Positions 48,660 through 58,654 of a DNA stretch of 64,000 bases are shown piece after piece. The position numbers were made by a program, and so were the translations under genes. The stretch is from an uncultured Nitrososphaerota archaeon (GTDB lineage: Archaea; Thermoproteota; Nitrososphaeria; Nitrososphaerales; Gagatemarchaeaceae). Numbering within the stretch: the stretch's first letter is position 1; each line of letters opens with the position of its first letter. Location of the stretch: the NCBI GenBank assembly GCA_963718895.1, contig CAVRAG010000008.1, positions 736,001 through 800,000 of the forward strand, read 5' to 3'. A model generated the notes under the pieces. It saw nothing but the letters and a program-made list of their open reading frames with translations, did no database searches and was not told the origin of the DNA.

Positions 48660-50582
48660 TCAGGCGGGGAGGTTCCTCAACAGGTCGACGTACCTGGGGT
48701 CGCCTCGGACCCTGTCAAACCACCATGCGTATCGGATGTCCTGGGGCTGGAGCATCTTCGAATCCAGCGCTATCCCGACCCACTTGAAGAAGCCGTCCGC
48801 GTCCCCGAGTACCGCCCAGAAGGGAGCCCGCAGCGCGGGAATCGACTTTTGAGAAGTTGCAGTCCTCTCGGCCTCCCCGAGGTACCCTAGTGCCTCCTCC
48901 CGGTGTCCGAACCAGGCGGCCACATACGCGAGACTGCTGCACCTCTCGAAGTCGGGCGCGCTTGCGACTGCCTGCGTGATGTCCCTCTTTGCCTCGTCCT
49001 CCATCCCTTTGTAGCAGTACACGTTACCTCGGAAGCTCAGGGTCGGGTGGAAGCTAGGGTCCAGCTTGAGGATGTCGTTGAAGACCTCCAGCGCCTTGTC
49101 AAACTGCCTTGCGTAGACGTACATCACTCCGAGGATGTTCCGCGAAGGAGGCGCGAGTGGGTCTGAGAGGGAGGCGAGCTTCGCCTCTTCTATCGCCTCG
49201 TCGAGCCGCCCCATGTCTGACAGGCAGATGGAGTACCAGTGGTGGGCAGACGCGTAGCTCTGGTTCAGCGAGAGCGCCCTCTTGAACTCGGCCTCGGCCT
49301 CCGCGAGCCGGAAATCGTTTCTCAGCAGCAATCCTCTGGACGCGTGAGCCTCGGCTACCTCGTCGTCCAGCTCGAGGGCCTTCTTGATCGCCGCCTCCGC
49401 CTGGGCCTCGGCTTCGTCGTGGTCGAAGACGTCAATCCCCCTGCCTATGAGGTAACAGTCGGCCATCCCAGAATAGGCCTTGGCGAAACCCTGGTCCTTT
49501 CCGGCGGCGGCGCGGAACAGCTTCAGCGCCTGGGTTATCCCTTCGGCGTTCCTGCGGTTCCAGTAGTTCCTCCCCTTGAGATACAGCTCGTAGGCTTCGA
49601 TGTCGACCGCCCTGTGCACCGGGACCTCATGGACGAGCAGCCTACCCTTCAGGGCCTGGGCGACCTTGTTGGCGATGTCGGTCTGAATCGAGAAGATGTC
49701 CTGCATGTCGCCGTCGTAGTTCGAGGCCCACATGTGCTCCTCGGTCTTCGCGTCGATGAGCTGGACGGTGACCCGTATGCGCTCCCCGACCTTCCGGAAG
49801 CTCCCCTCCAGGATCGATCCAGCCCTCAGCATCCTTCCGATCTCCGCGATGTCCATCTCGGTGTTCTTGAAGCGCATCACCGAGGTCCTCGCGATGACCC
49901 TGAGCCCTTGGACCCCAGAGATCGCGGTTATCAGCTCCTCCGTCATCCCTTCGGCGAGGTACTCGTCCTGCAGGCTGGGGCTGAAGTTTGAGAGAGGGAG
50001 AACCGCGACCCTCTCCTTGGGCATGTCTTGGTCTGACGCCGTCTTCCGGGGCGACTCCGAGTCGATCACCTTGTAGATCTCTATTCGCATGCTCACGTTC
50101 TTGAGCTGCTGGACTGGCAGCCTCTCCAGCTTGAACTCGATCTTGTTGCTAACCTGGTCGAAGACCTGCTGGGAGATGCAGACACCTCCCGGGTCGGCGA
50201 TCGGTTCCAGGCGCGAGGCGATGTTGACGGCGTCCCCGAAGACGTCGTTGTCCTTGTGGACCACATCCCCGACGTGTATCCCAATGCGCATCTTGAAACC
50301 TAGCTCGGGCGGGACGGATCCAGCGTACTCCCTTACCTGTCTCTGTATCTCCACCGCACACCTGACCGCCTCCAGCGCACTCTCAAATTCGGCGAGGTGG
50401 GCGTCGCCTATGGTCTTCACGGGCTTCCCACCGTGTTTCCTGATGAGCGGAAGGAGGATCCCGTTCTGCTTCTCGAGGAGGGTCATCGCGAGCGCCTCGT
50501 CTCTCTGCGTCGTCGCGGTGTAACCGACCATGTCGGTGAACATGACTGCGGCGAGACGCCTTACCTCGATGCTGCTGCTCAA
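48660..50582 (-). CDS. Class III adenylate cyclase - TolB_N-like - TPR protein (second paralogue)
   Basis: RRLAAVMFTDMVGYT, KTIGDA, GIHVGDV, DVFGDAVNIASR, AYELYLKGR, TPRs. Confidence 0.92.
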   Translation of the reverse strand: MSSSIEVRRLAAVMFTDMVGYTATTQRDEALAMTLLEKQNGILLPLIRKHGGKPVKTIGDAHLAEFESALEAVRCAVEIQRQVREYAGSVPPELGFKMRIGIHVGDVVHKDNDVFGDAVNIASRLEPIADPGGVCISQQVFDQVSNKIEFKLERLPVQQLKNVSMRIEIYKVIDSESPRKTASDQDMPKERVAVLPLSNFSPSLQDEYLAEGMTEELITAISGVQGLRVIARTSVMRFKNTEMDIAEIGRMLRAGSILEGSFRKVGERIRVTVQLIDAKTEEHMWASNYDGDMQDIFSIQTDIANKVAQALKGRLLVHEVPVHRAVDIEAYELYLKGRNYWNRRNAEGITQALKLFRAAAGKDQGFAKAYSGMADCYLIGRGIDVFDHDEAEAQAEAAIKKALELDDEVAEAHASRGLLLRNDFRLAEAEAEFKRALSLNQSYASAHHWYSICLSDMGRLDEAIEEAKLASLSDPLAPPSRNILGVMYVYARQFDKALEVFNDILKLDPSFHPTLSFRGNVYCYKGMEDEAKRDITQAVASAPDFERCSSLAYVAAWFGHREEALGYLGEAERTATSQKSIPALRAPFWAVLGDADGFFKWVGIALDSKMLQPQDIRYAWWFDRVRGDPRYVDLLRNLPA

Positions 50583-50720
50583 GAAGCTGGGTCCTCGCCC
50601 GCTCCCTTTGTAAAATACTTAGCGGCGGTACCTCGCATAGAGTACCCCGGAACTGATCTGAAGGGGGACGACAGCAATCGCTTTGTAGCCGGCCTTGAGG
50701 CCCAGCGTCGGGATCCGACG

Positions 50721-51321
50721 ATGCCGGCGCCATTTCTGGACGAGCTGCTGAAGGCGACGATAGCCCTCTTGATAGTCGTCGACCCTGCCGGACTCGTGCC
50801 GGTCGTCCTGGCACTGACCAAGGGGATGGAGAGGGAAGAGCGGAGAGGGACGTTCAGAGTCGCGCTCGATCGTCGGAATCGTCCTACTCGTCATCTTCGC
50901 CGTGGCGGGCCAGGAGCTCCTGAGCCTGTTCGGCATCACGGTCTATAGCTTCATGATAGCGGGCGGCATTCTTCTCCTCATTATCGCCATGCAGATGATC
51001 TTTCGGGGAGGATTTGTCGGTTCGTCGGCCTCGACAGATGAGGTAGGCGTCGTGCCGATCGCCTTCCCGCTGTTGGTGGGGCCCGGGGCGATAACCACGA
51101 CCATAGTCTCTCTGCAAACCTACGGAATCCTGGTCACGCTTCTCTCCATCTTGATAGTGATGTCAGTGGTCTGGCTCGTGCTCAGGTACTTGGACAGGAT
51201 CGATTCCTTTCTGGGAAAGAGAGGGACCACGGTCCTCTCGACGCTCATGGCGGTGTTCATTGCCGCAATCGCCGTGCAGTTCATCTTGACTGGAATTCAG
51301 TTCTACTATCCCGCCAGCTAG
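50721..51321 (+). CDS. MarC/SNatA family membrane protein (one +1 frameshift at ~50868)
   Basis: IVVDPAG.VP, IAGGILL, VVPIAFPLLVGPGAIT; halves join at CTC G ATC. Confidence 0.85.
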
Positions 51322-51464
51322 TAGAGCCAGAGAGGCACCGGCGCTGATGCTCAGGACTCGACGGCGTCAAATCCTCGCCCAGACTTCGGGAACGTTGTAG
51401 AGGGCCAATCCGCCGTGCGCGTGGCCCTCATGGGGCATCGTGACCTGATAAGAAAAAACAGAGC

Positions 51465-51980
51465 CTACTGCCACTTGGGCATGTAGGCGAAGAGAGTCTC
51501 GCTGGTCCAGACGCCGTCTACGTCGTCGATCTTCGAGACCTGGGAGAGAACATCTTCTTGGTTCTTTCCGTAGACTGTCGCGAGGATGTCGATTTCACCG
51601 GGGACGACATAGGCATTGCGGACTTGTGGGTATTGCTCGATGGATTGCAGCACCTTCAGCGCCTGCGTCTGCTCGTTGACGCGGAGCAGGACTAGTGCGA
51701 GTGAGTCGGTGGGCTGAATGTTCTTGCCGTTTGCAAAGCCCTCGAACGGGGTGTAGGTTCTTGTCGAAGTGACTCCAGTTATGGAGCGTACCTGCTTGAC
51801 CACTTCATAGACCTGCTTCGGGTCGGCTGCCTTCAGCTCGATGGCGAAGTCGAATCTACCGGCGAGTGGTGAAGAATAGGTGATTCCTTGGATCTTCCTC
51901 AGCTGCTCAGCCACTTGGTTGCGCATCTTCGGGTGGATTGTTGCGATGATGGTCGTTGGATTCATGGTTGAAGTTATCAT
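51465..51980 (-). CDS. Stand-alone tandem Lrp/AsnC ligand-binding (RAM) domain protein
   Basis: Two RAM repeats (GRFDFA...GVTSTRT; GEIDIL...GVWTSET), no HTH. Confidence 0.85.
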   Translation of the reverse strand: MITSTMNPTTIIATIHPKMRNQVAEQLRKIQGITYSSPLAGRFDFAIELKAADPKQVYEVVKQVRSITGVTSTRTYTPFEGFANGKNIQPTDSLALVLLRVNEQTQALKVLQSIEQYPQVRNAYVVPGEIDILATVYGKNQEDVLSQVSKIDDVDGVWTSETLFAYMPKWQ

Positions 51981-52092
51981 TTTGTTCAAATATGTAATAA
52001 GTGTCACACTATATAGGCTTATTGGTATGACACGAAATATTCATTACAGCGAGCTCGATGGACCGGGAGGCTGTCCTGGTGGTACCAGAGCC

Positions 52093-52452
52093 TCAAACTC
52101 TGCGATAGTCATCCTCGAGTCTCACGATGTCACCCTCGCTGAAGACGCCCAGCACAATCTCTAAGACCTTCGTGCCGAGCGGCCCCGCGCCAAGGCGATG
52201 CTTGACCCCGACCGGGACTTCGACCTCCTGGGTGGGAAGCAAGATTCGCTTCTTGCCGTTGATCTCTACGTGCGCCTCGCCTTCGAGGCAGATCCACCTC
52301 TCGCTGCGTCTCGAGTGATACTGCAGGCTCAGGCGCTTGCCGGGGTCGACCGCTATCGTCTTCACCGTGACACCGTTGGCGTTGACGATGAAGGTTGTGA
52401 AGCGGCCCCATGGCCTCTTGGTCACGACCCCCCGCTTCAAAGCGCGAGCCAT
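52093..52452 (-). CDS. Mannose-6-phosphate isomerase type II C-terminal cupin
   Basis: RPWGRF, RLSLQYH..RSERW, HRL, EGDIVRLEDDY. Confidence 0.9.
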   Translation of the reverse strand: MARALKRGVVTKRPWGRFTTFIVNANGVTVKTIAVDPGKRLSLQYHSRRSERWICLEGEAHVEINGKKRILLPTQEVEVPVGVKHRLGAGPLGTKVLEIVLGVFSEGDIVRLEDDYRRV

Positions 52453-52559
52453 CCTTCGACCAACGGGGATGCTCTTCTTATCTGTCTTGCCCCCTGCTGT
52501 TGCACGGAACTGGCTCTGTCATCGGACCTACCTGCCACCATCTCCAGGGGCCCACACCG

Positions 52560-52699
52560 ACGTGCCGAGCTCCAAGCCCCGCGAGGGCGGTCTGAGACAG
52601 GTTCACCTCCTCCACTTCGGTGGAGACAAGCTCGTCGAGTACTGGGACATCGCGCAGCAAATCGAGGAGAACTCGCCCAACGCCGACGGGGCGTTCTAG
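52560..52699 (+). pseudogene. C-terminal remnant of a SnoaL-like protein
   Basis: VHLLHFGGDKLVEYWDIAQQIEENSPNADGAF*; the upstream part is missing. Confidence 0.6.
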
Positions 52700-52703
52700 G
52701 GGA

Positions 52704-52922
52704 AATCAAAGTCGCCTTCGGAGGATACCCGGGGAGAGGAGAGGCGCGCGGATGTCTCCGGGCGCCACATCGGAGCCGGCTCTTCTGGGCGACTCGCGGG
52801 AACCGCGTTCCTTTCATCCCCGGGGCGTCACTCTCTTTCCCATCCTCTCGGGAATGGCGGGCGCCTCAGAGACGTTCTGGACGGAGCACGGTATCTGAAG
52901 ATTCATCCGAAGGGCGCCTACG
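52704..52922 (+). ncRNA. Second candidate structured element (ncRNA or MITE-like)
   Basis: Nested stems CCTTCGGA/TCCGAAGG, GGATACC/GGTATCT, CGGGGA/TCCCCG, GAGAGG/CCTTTC, CGCGG/CCGCG; 5' AATCAAAGTCGCC. Confidence 0.3.
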
Positions 52923-52990
52923 AAGAGAGAGGCCGTAAGGGTCTTCACAACGGGATTTAACCGAAGGTCCGCCTTCTCTCCGGTGAAAAC

Positions 52991-53353
52991 ATGAGTTCCA
53001 GCGAGGAAGATGAGAGGAGGGAGTCCGTGAGGCGGGAGCCGAACCTTGGGACCGGAGGGGGCACGACCCAAGTTCTGGTCCGCGATTCCAGTGACGGCTC
53101 TTTCCGTCAGGTCATCGCAGAACCCGCGCCATCCGTTGAGAGGGAATCTGTGGTGAAGCACAAGACCACGAACACAAGCGCGCTGGTCGGGATGGCCGTC
53201 GGTATCGTCGTCCTGGCCCTCGGGCTATTCCTGGTCATACGGGACACACCCTTCCTACCATATCCCCTCTCGATATTTGCCGTGCTCATCGTGGGCGTGG
53301 GCCTCATAGGCATCGGTGCCAGCCTGGTGAGCAGCCGGAGCGAGATGAAGTAG
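52991..53353 (+). CDS. Small 2-TM membrane protein
   Basis: TTTAA box; hydrophilic N-terminus followed by two TMs. Confidence 0.75.
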   Translation: MSSSEEDERRESVRREPNLGTGGGTTQVLVRDSSDGSFRQVIAEPAPSVERESVVKHKTTNTSALVGMAVGIVVLALGLFLVIRDTPFLPYPLSIFAVLIVGVGLIGIGASLVSSRSEMK

Positions 53354-54049
53354 TTCAGCGCCGAGAATGGCGCGCTTTCGCCCGGCATCCCAGTGAGTAG
53401 GGCCTCCGCTCCCGCAAGGCGATTTCCGGGAAGGATGCCCTGTCACGGAGAGTGCGGATGCGACGTCGATGAAGTGCACGGATGCCAGCGAGACCTCGGC
53501 GAGGAGACAGGTTGAACGTAGGCATCCTGACTCCCTGCGACGCTGGTCGCCAGCCTGGCCTAGAAGTTCCAAGGGTATGTTGGGCCGACCTCCGACGCGA
53601 GTTGATTGGCCCTGAGGGTGAGGGTATTCGGCACATCTCCATCGGTCAGTGCGACTCCGACGATGCTGCTGCCGATGCCCGCCTCGACCCCTCTATGCCC
53701 CCCTTTGATGGGGCCTGGAGCGGTCACGCCCTCGCGACTAGCACGCGACGAACGGAGGTTTCTTCTTTTTAGGGACCATGGCATGCAGAAGGAGAGCCTC
53801 TCGATTTAAGCTTGGCCAATCCGGGACTAGCCCGCGCCGACACGGCGCAACTCGGTGGGTCGGGCGACCGCGAATCGCCGCTGCAGCTAGCCGTTAGATG
53901 ACCAGAGACTCTAATCTGGCTTGTGAGAATCAACGGGCGCGATGGATGACAGCAAGGGCGCGAGAACGTGGAAATCGTAGAAGCTTGGAATGCTAAGACA
54001 GCTCGGCGACCTTCTGCGAACATTAGGATTGTGCGATGTCTAGGCACCG

Positions 54050-54435
54050 TCAGACGCGCCCCGGGAAATGTTGCTTGACATTCAGTCCCCAGCTCTTGGA
54101 TGTCACAGGGGTGATCCGCAGACTGAGGTCCTTTCCAGACTCACCCGCCACCTCAACTATCTCAGCCACCCCATCTATCTTCACGCCTCTCTGGCCTCCA
54201 GGGCCTCGTCGAAGCCAGATCGTCGATGACGAAGGAGACCCCAGTGTTGCCGTTCTTGACGTTCCAGAACTTTCGGGTCTTCTTCATGATGCTGCTCCCA
54301 ATGTAGAAGTGCTCGCCATCGAACTCGAACCCTACCGGCGCGACGTCTGGCTTTCCGTCCTTCGAGACCGTGGCTATCCTGCCCAGCGGCTGGCTGCACG
54401 TATTCAATCTCCCTCTCTCTGAGAACGCGGTCCGT
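54050..54435 (-). pseudogene. PPOX-class F420-dependent oxidoreductase, degraded
   Basis: LGRIATVSKDGKPDVAPVGF...VIDDLAS.RPWRP(+1)RGVKIDG...RITP..SWG; several indels and no clean start. Confidence 0.8.
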
Positions 54436-54517
54436 TGTCGAATCGGTCTGGTCAGCAATCGTATTGTTGACTGGGCGGCGGAAAACCCGGTCACAGAGGC
54501 CCGTCGATCCGGGGAGC

Positions 54518-56548
54518 TTAGGGCCCCACGTCCGCCTCGACCACGACTTCGCTCGAGTTTATGCTGACCCCGACGTAGGGTATCGGTATCTGGAGGTTGA
54601 TGGTGGGAGGACCGGGCGTCACCGTGACCCTCGGATTAGAGGGCGAGACGACCTGGGTGCCGAGCGGGTTCGGTTGTGAGACCACGTAGGGGTCCCGGAG
54701 GCTGAAGAGCGGTGATGAGCCGGCGAAGTAGTTCAGGAGCGCGTTGTCTAGCAGGTTGGTCAGCCCCAGGAAGTTCTCATTCGTTATCCAGTCGACGATC
54801 GTCTCCGCCAGAGAACTGGCGTCGCTTAGGATCGCCGCGACCGCGCCGCCAATCGCCTCCAGTGCCGTCGTCAGGATGTCCTTGATGATGTCCTGCAACG
54901 GTCCGGGGAACGGGTCGAGTATGTCCGCGAACGCGTTGGCGATGCCGTCCTCTATCGCCTTCTGGAGCTTCGGGCCGAACTCAATCGGGAGGACGAATAT
55001 CGGGAGCTGCGGGACGACATAGAACTCCCACCTGTTCGGGTCGTTCGAGACCGCGGTGTTGCCGACGGCGTAGTACGTCATCGGTTCAAGAACCATGCTG
55101 ACCTGGCTCTCGAGGCCCCCGAGATCTATGGGGATGCTGATGTCCGGGTTGTGCCCGTTGCCCCCGAAGAGGCTGAATCCGGGGATGTTTATCGCCGGGA
55201 TGATGGTGACTCCGTCCACTACGAGCGCTGGGGTACTGAACCCGGGAATCGAGATCTTGGGCAGGTCGATGTTGATCCTGAAGTTGAGGCTGTCCCAGGA
55301 GACCGTCAGATCCTTGACGAGTATCGAGCCGTTCGGCTGCGCTGACGTCGGGTTCTGGAGGGTCACCGCACCGCCTGCCAGCGAAATTTCGACCTGGTAA
55401 TCCACATAGAGCGGCGGCCCACCATACGTGGACCACGGCTGGGCGGCCGGCGGCGGGGGACCGGGCGGGATCTCTATCTCGATGGATCCGGGAGCCAGCA
55501 CGGTGGCCATTATCTTGTTGATAATGTTCTGGGAGATCGCGACCGTGAAGTCGCTCGGTCCCGTTCCGGGGCGCGGTACTATCGACCGCGACGTGGCAGG
55601 CCCGTACCCTGGACCGCCCGAGCCACCCCCGCCAGGAGGACCGAGGACCTCGCCATTCAGGTCGATGGTAGCGTCCATGAAGAGCTTGACCTGGTCGTCC
55701 TCTATCGAAGGGTTAATGGGCACCGTCGTCGAAGGAGAGATAGCGAGAGTGAACGTCGCCGGCTGGTAGTCGAGGAGGCTCTCAAGGTTGAAGGTCTCAG
55801 CTAGCAACGCGTTTATTGAGTTGCTCACGGAGTAGAGAACGCCGTTCGTGAAGTACATCAGGTAACAGTCGATGAGCTGCCTGAGTCCGTCGGGCTTGAA
55901 CCCCGCGATGTCCAGCCCGTCGAGGCTCATGTTCAGGAATCGCACTGTGTTTGTGTTCTTCAGCACGCCTTCGGCGTACAGGTCGAGGGAGAAGCAGTCG
56001 AGATCGCTTCGGGGAAGTGGGCGCCCCCTCTTCTCTTCAATCGGGCCGAGCGGGCGGCCCTGGATCGGGCGACCCACTGTCAGGGGAGCGGATGGACAGG
56101 AAGCTCCCGCGAACGTCTGGGCGTGGATTGCGAAGTGCTCGACGGGAAGCGGGGTGGTGACCGTGGATGGGAGGGCGATCACGTTTCCCGGATAGAAGTC
56201 GACCTGCACCTTCGAGAGCTGGACGATGAAGTCAGGTGACGGTATGGGGATGTTGAGATTGAACGGGACAGGGGTGCCGATAGGCGGGCTCTCGCTCGGG
56301 AACGGGTTGAGCGTCGTACCGAGGAGGAGCGGTGGTATCCCCGAGATGTCGACGGGGGAGATGAGCGGGTCCTCCGGGTCGACCGGAGAGGCCTCGATGG
56401 CATTGCAGGCAAGCTGGGGGTATCTGGCGATGAATGTCGAGCCGAAATTGAAGAATGAGGGCACTTCCAACATCAGACGGGCGACAAGGTCGTTGATTCC
56501 GTTTTCGTGTACGGCTATGTACACATCGCAGTTTGTCGTGTAGGCCAT
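54518..56548 (-). CDS. 676-aa hypothetical protein with two possible TULIP/BPI-like modules
   Basis: Repeated motif CDVYIAVHENGINDLV / SDFTVAISQNIINKIM, Gly/Pro linker, AT-rich promoter. Confidence 0.75.
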   Translation of the reverse strand: MAYTTNCDVYIAVHENGINDLVARLMLEVPSFFNFGSTFIARYPQLACNAIEASPVDPEDPLISPVDISGIPPLLLGTTLNPFPSESPPIGTPVPFNLNIPIPSPDFIVQLSKVQVDFYPGNVIALPSTVTTPLPVEHFAIHAQTFAGASCPSAPLTVGRPIQGRPLGPIEEKRGRPLPRSDLDCFSLDLYAEGVLKNTNTVRFLNMSLDGLDIAGFKPDGLRQLIDCYLMYFTNGVLYSVSNSINALLAETFNLESLLDYQPATFTLAISPSTTVPINPSIEDDQVKLFMDATIDLNGEVLGPPGGGGSGGPGYGPATSRSIVPRPGTGPSDFTVAISQNIINKIMATVLAPGSIEIEIPPGPPPPAAQPWSTYGGPPLYVDYQVEISLAGGAVTLQNPTSAQPNGSILVKDLTVSWDSLNFRINIDLPKISIPGFSTPALVVDGVTIIPAINIPGFSLFGGNGHNPDISIPIDLGGLESQVSMVLEPMTYYAVGNTAVSNDPNRWEFYVVPQLPIFVLPIEFGPKLQKAIEDGIANAFADILDPFPGPLQDIIKDILTTALEAIGGAVAAILSDASSLAETIVDWITNENFLGLTNLLDNALLNYFAGSSPLFSLRDPYVVSQPNPLGTQVVSPSNPRVTVTPGPPTINLQIPIPYVGVSINSSEVVVEADVGP

Positions 56549-56833
56549 TAGACAACATATGTAATAACAAATAAATATTTATGCGTTTGCGAATGGCCAT
56601 CAGATATCTCACACATCCCCCGACATTCGGTACATCCGTGTCGGGCAGAAGACAATTGCATCACACACTCACCGCATAGCTTTAGGATGGCTTTGCGTCG
56701 CTGAGGTCGGCGTGCCTGGGATATCTAGATTCGAGAGAGGACGGCTCTTCCAACTCGAAGATTCCACTCACCGCCGTGCGCCGTGGCGCAGGCAGGACCT
56801 AGAGCGAGCTTGCCGAGGACGTTGAGACGCTGA

Positions 56834-57622
56834 GTGAAGACACTGCCCCGGGAACATGGACTGATCGTCTCGTGGGTCCTCACGATCGTCGCGGCTGCAT
56901 TGCTGTCAAAGGAGTTTCATGCCTATGGAATCGGCTTGGTGGTCTTCCTCTTGCCGACGCTTCTGGTCTATGATAGACTCATCGTGGGTCTGAGGTTGTG
57001 GTCGATTGGCAAGATGGGTTTGGCCCAGATGTTGACCGAAAAGGTCGGGAGTCGGGCGTTGGCTCTTCTCCTTGTCGCGCTCGCCTACCTGGTCGCGGGT
57101 TTGTTGCTTCGCATGATGCCGTGGATTCCAGTGTTAGTCACAGTCTCAGTACTAGTGTCAGAAGGGGCTGCCTTCCGATACCTCAGGGAGAGGCACATAA
57201 TCACTAGGGCACTTTCGATCCTAACGGTAACTTCTCAGTTCCTCCTGATCAATTCAGCTCTCAGCGGGGGCGTCTCGACATTCGAGGTCATCGCCTTCGC
57301 TCTCATTTCTGTGGTGAACCTGCAACTGGTCGCGGATGTCGTCCAGCAGGTGGAGACGTTCAGGATGCCGCAAGGGGGGACCGAAAAGTGGCCATCCGGG
57401 GTGGACGCGCCTTTCCTCGTTGTCGGGGTTGCTGCTGCCACGGCCATCTCCGCCTTGGTCTCGGTCTACTACCTGTCCTTTGTCGTCCTGCTGTTAACGA
57501 TTCAGGTCGCATTCCGCTACCTGTTGCCAGGTAGGAGCATGAAGACAGTCGGGGCGGTCTCGTCCGCGGTCGAGGTGCTCGCGCTTCTTCTGCTGGTCGT
57601 GCGCTTCTACGCGAGCATGTGA
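56834..57622 (+). CDS. YwiC-like integral membrane protein
   Basis: N-terminal LPREHG, C-terminal MKTVGAV...E; about 8 TMs. Confidence 0.7.
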   Translation: MKTLPREHGLIVSWVLTIVAAALLSKEFHAYGIGLVVFLLPTLLVYDRLIVGLRLWSIGKMGLAQMLTEKVGSRALALLLVALAYLVAGLLLRMMPWIPVLVTVSVLVSEGAAFRYLRERHIITRALSILTVTSQFLLINSALSGGVSTFEVIAFALISVVNLQLVADVVQQVETFRMPQGGTEKWPSGVDAPFLVVGVAAATAISALVSVYYLSFVVLLLTIQVAFRYLLPGRSMKTVGAVSSAVEVLALLLLVVRFYASM

Positions 57623-57710
57623 GGCGCCGCAGAACGACTCCGAACTGGGGCGTCCAAGCAACTCTTCGGGAGCGAATATTTGTGACCGCATAATGGCAGG
57701 TTTGGACTAA

Positions 57711-58289
57711 TTGGAGCCACAGAGAGCGTCCTCAAACAACCTGGGTAGGAAGACCCTGAAAAGGACGACGGTCTATGCGATAGGTCATTCGACGATGACC
57801 ATAGAGAGATTCATTCGGATCCTCCACGCCCATTCCATCGAGTTGCTGGTCGACGTACGAACAATTCCCAAGTCCAGACACAACCCGCAGTTCGGTCAGA
57901 ACGAGCTCTCGAAATCCCTAGGTTCTGTCGGGGTCGAGTATCTCCACATGAAGGAACTTGGAGGGCTCCGTCATCCCGCGAAGGATTCCGAGAACACAGG
58001 CTGGAGGAACGAAAGCTTCCGTGGCTACGCCGACCACATGCAAACAAGGGAGTTTGCAGCTGCAATAGGTAAACTGGGTATCCTGGCCAAGGAGAAACGG
58101 TTGGCGATAATGTGCGCCGAAGGGAACCCGTTCAGATGCCACAGGTCGTTGGTCGCGGACGCGCTGGTCGTTCGCGGTGCTCGCGTGGTCCACATTGCGA
58201 GCGAGAAACCCGGCAGGACACACCTGATCACGCCGTTCGCTCAGGTCAGGGGGACGCGAATACTCTATCCCGAGGAGCGAAAGGACTGA
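57711..58289 (+). CDS. DUF488 family protein
   Basis: IGHST, LVDVRTIP.SR.NPQF, LGGLR, FRGYAD, MCAE...RCHR. Confidence 0.92.
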   Translation: MEPQRASSNNLGRKTLKRTTVYAIGHSTMTIERFIRILHAHSIELLVDVRTIPKSRHNPQFGQNELSKSLGSVGVEYLHMKELGGLRHPAKDSENTGWRNESFRGYADHMQTREFAAAIGKLGILAKEKRLAIMCAEGNPFRCHRSLVADALVVRGARVVHIASEKPGRTHLITPFAQVRGTRILYPEERKD

Positions 58290-58389
58290 CGAGTGGCGCA
58301 TCGTGCCGCAGTCTTGCCTGTCCGATCAAGTGGGCGTCCTATGAAGACCACCAACTTTAGAACCTTACACCGCGTCGCTCACAATCTGC

Positions 58390-58548
58390 TTGCCGAGGAC
58401 TCTAATCTGTGCCAGGTGCGGTGTGTCGTTCCAGTGTGAGGGCTCGAATGAGTGCTGGTGCGCCGCTGTACCGGTAGAAGGCAGGCTCCCGGTCGAGCTG
58501 AGGACGCAGAGCAAAGACTGCATTTGCGAGAACTGCCTCAAGGGATGA
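58390..58548 (+). CDS. Cysteine-rich CWC family protein, 52 aa (not in ORF track)
   Basis: MPRTLICARCGVSFQCEGSNECWC...CICENCLKG. Confidence 0.85.
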   Translation: MPRTLICARCGVSFQCEGSNECWCAAVPVEGRLPVELRTQSKDCICENCLKG

Positions 58549-58616
58549 ATCCAACCTCGGGGACCAATCTTCGCACCCGACTTTGGGCCGACAAACCCGG
58601 GGAGAATACTTATATA

Positions 58617-58641
58617 GGTATACTATCGTAGGTAGTCTACC
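58617..58641. promoter_or_regulatory. Imperfect palindrome just downstream of the hsp20 TATA box; heat-shock operator candidate
   Basis: GGTATACTATC-GTA-GGTAGTCTACC after TTATATA. Confidence 0.5.
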
Positions 58642-58654
58642 CAAGGTGAATGAA

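Noticed and set aside
53370-54040. Gene or RNA in the long gap
   Set aside because: Only short hydrophobic peptide fragments in shifting frames; no family or consistent fold could be assigned
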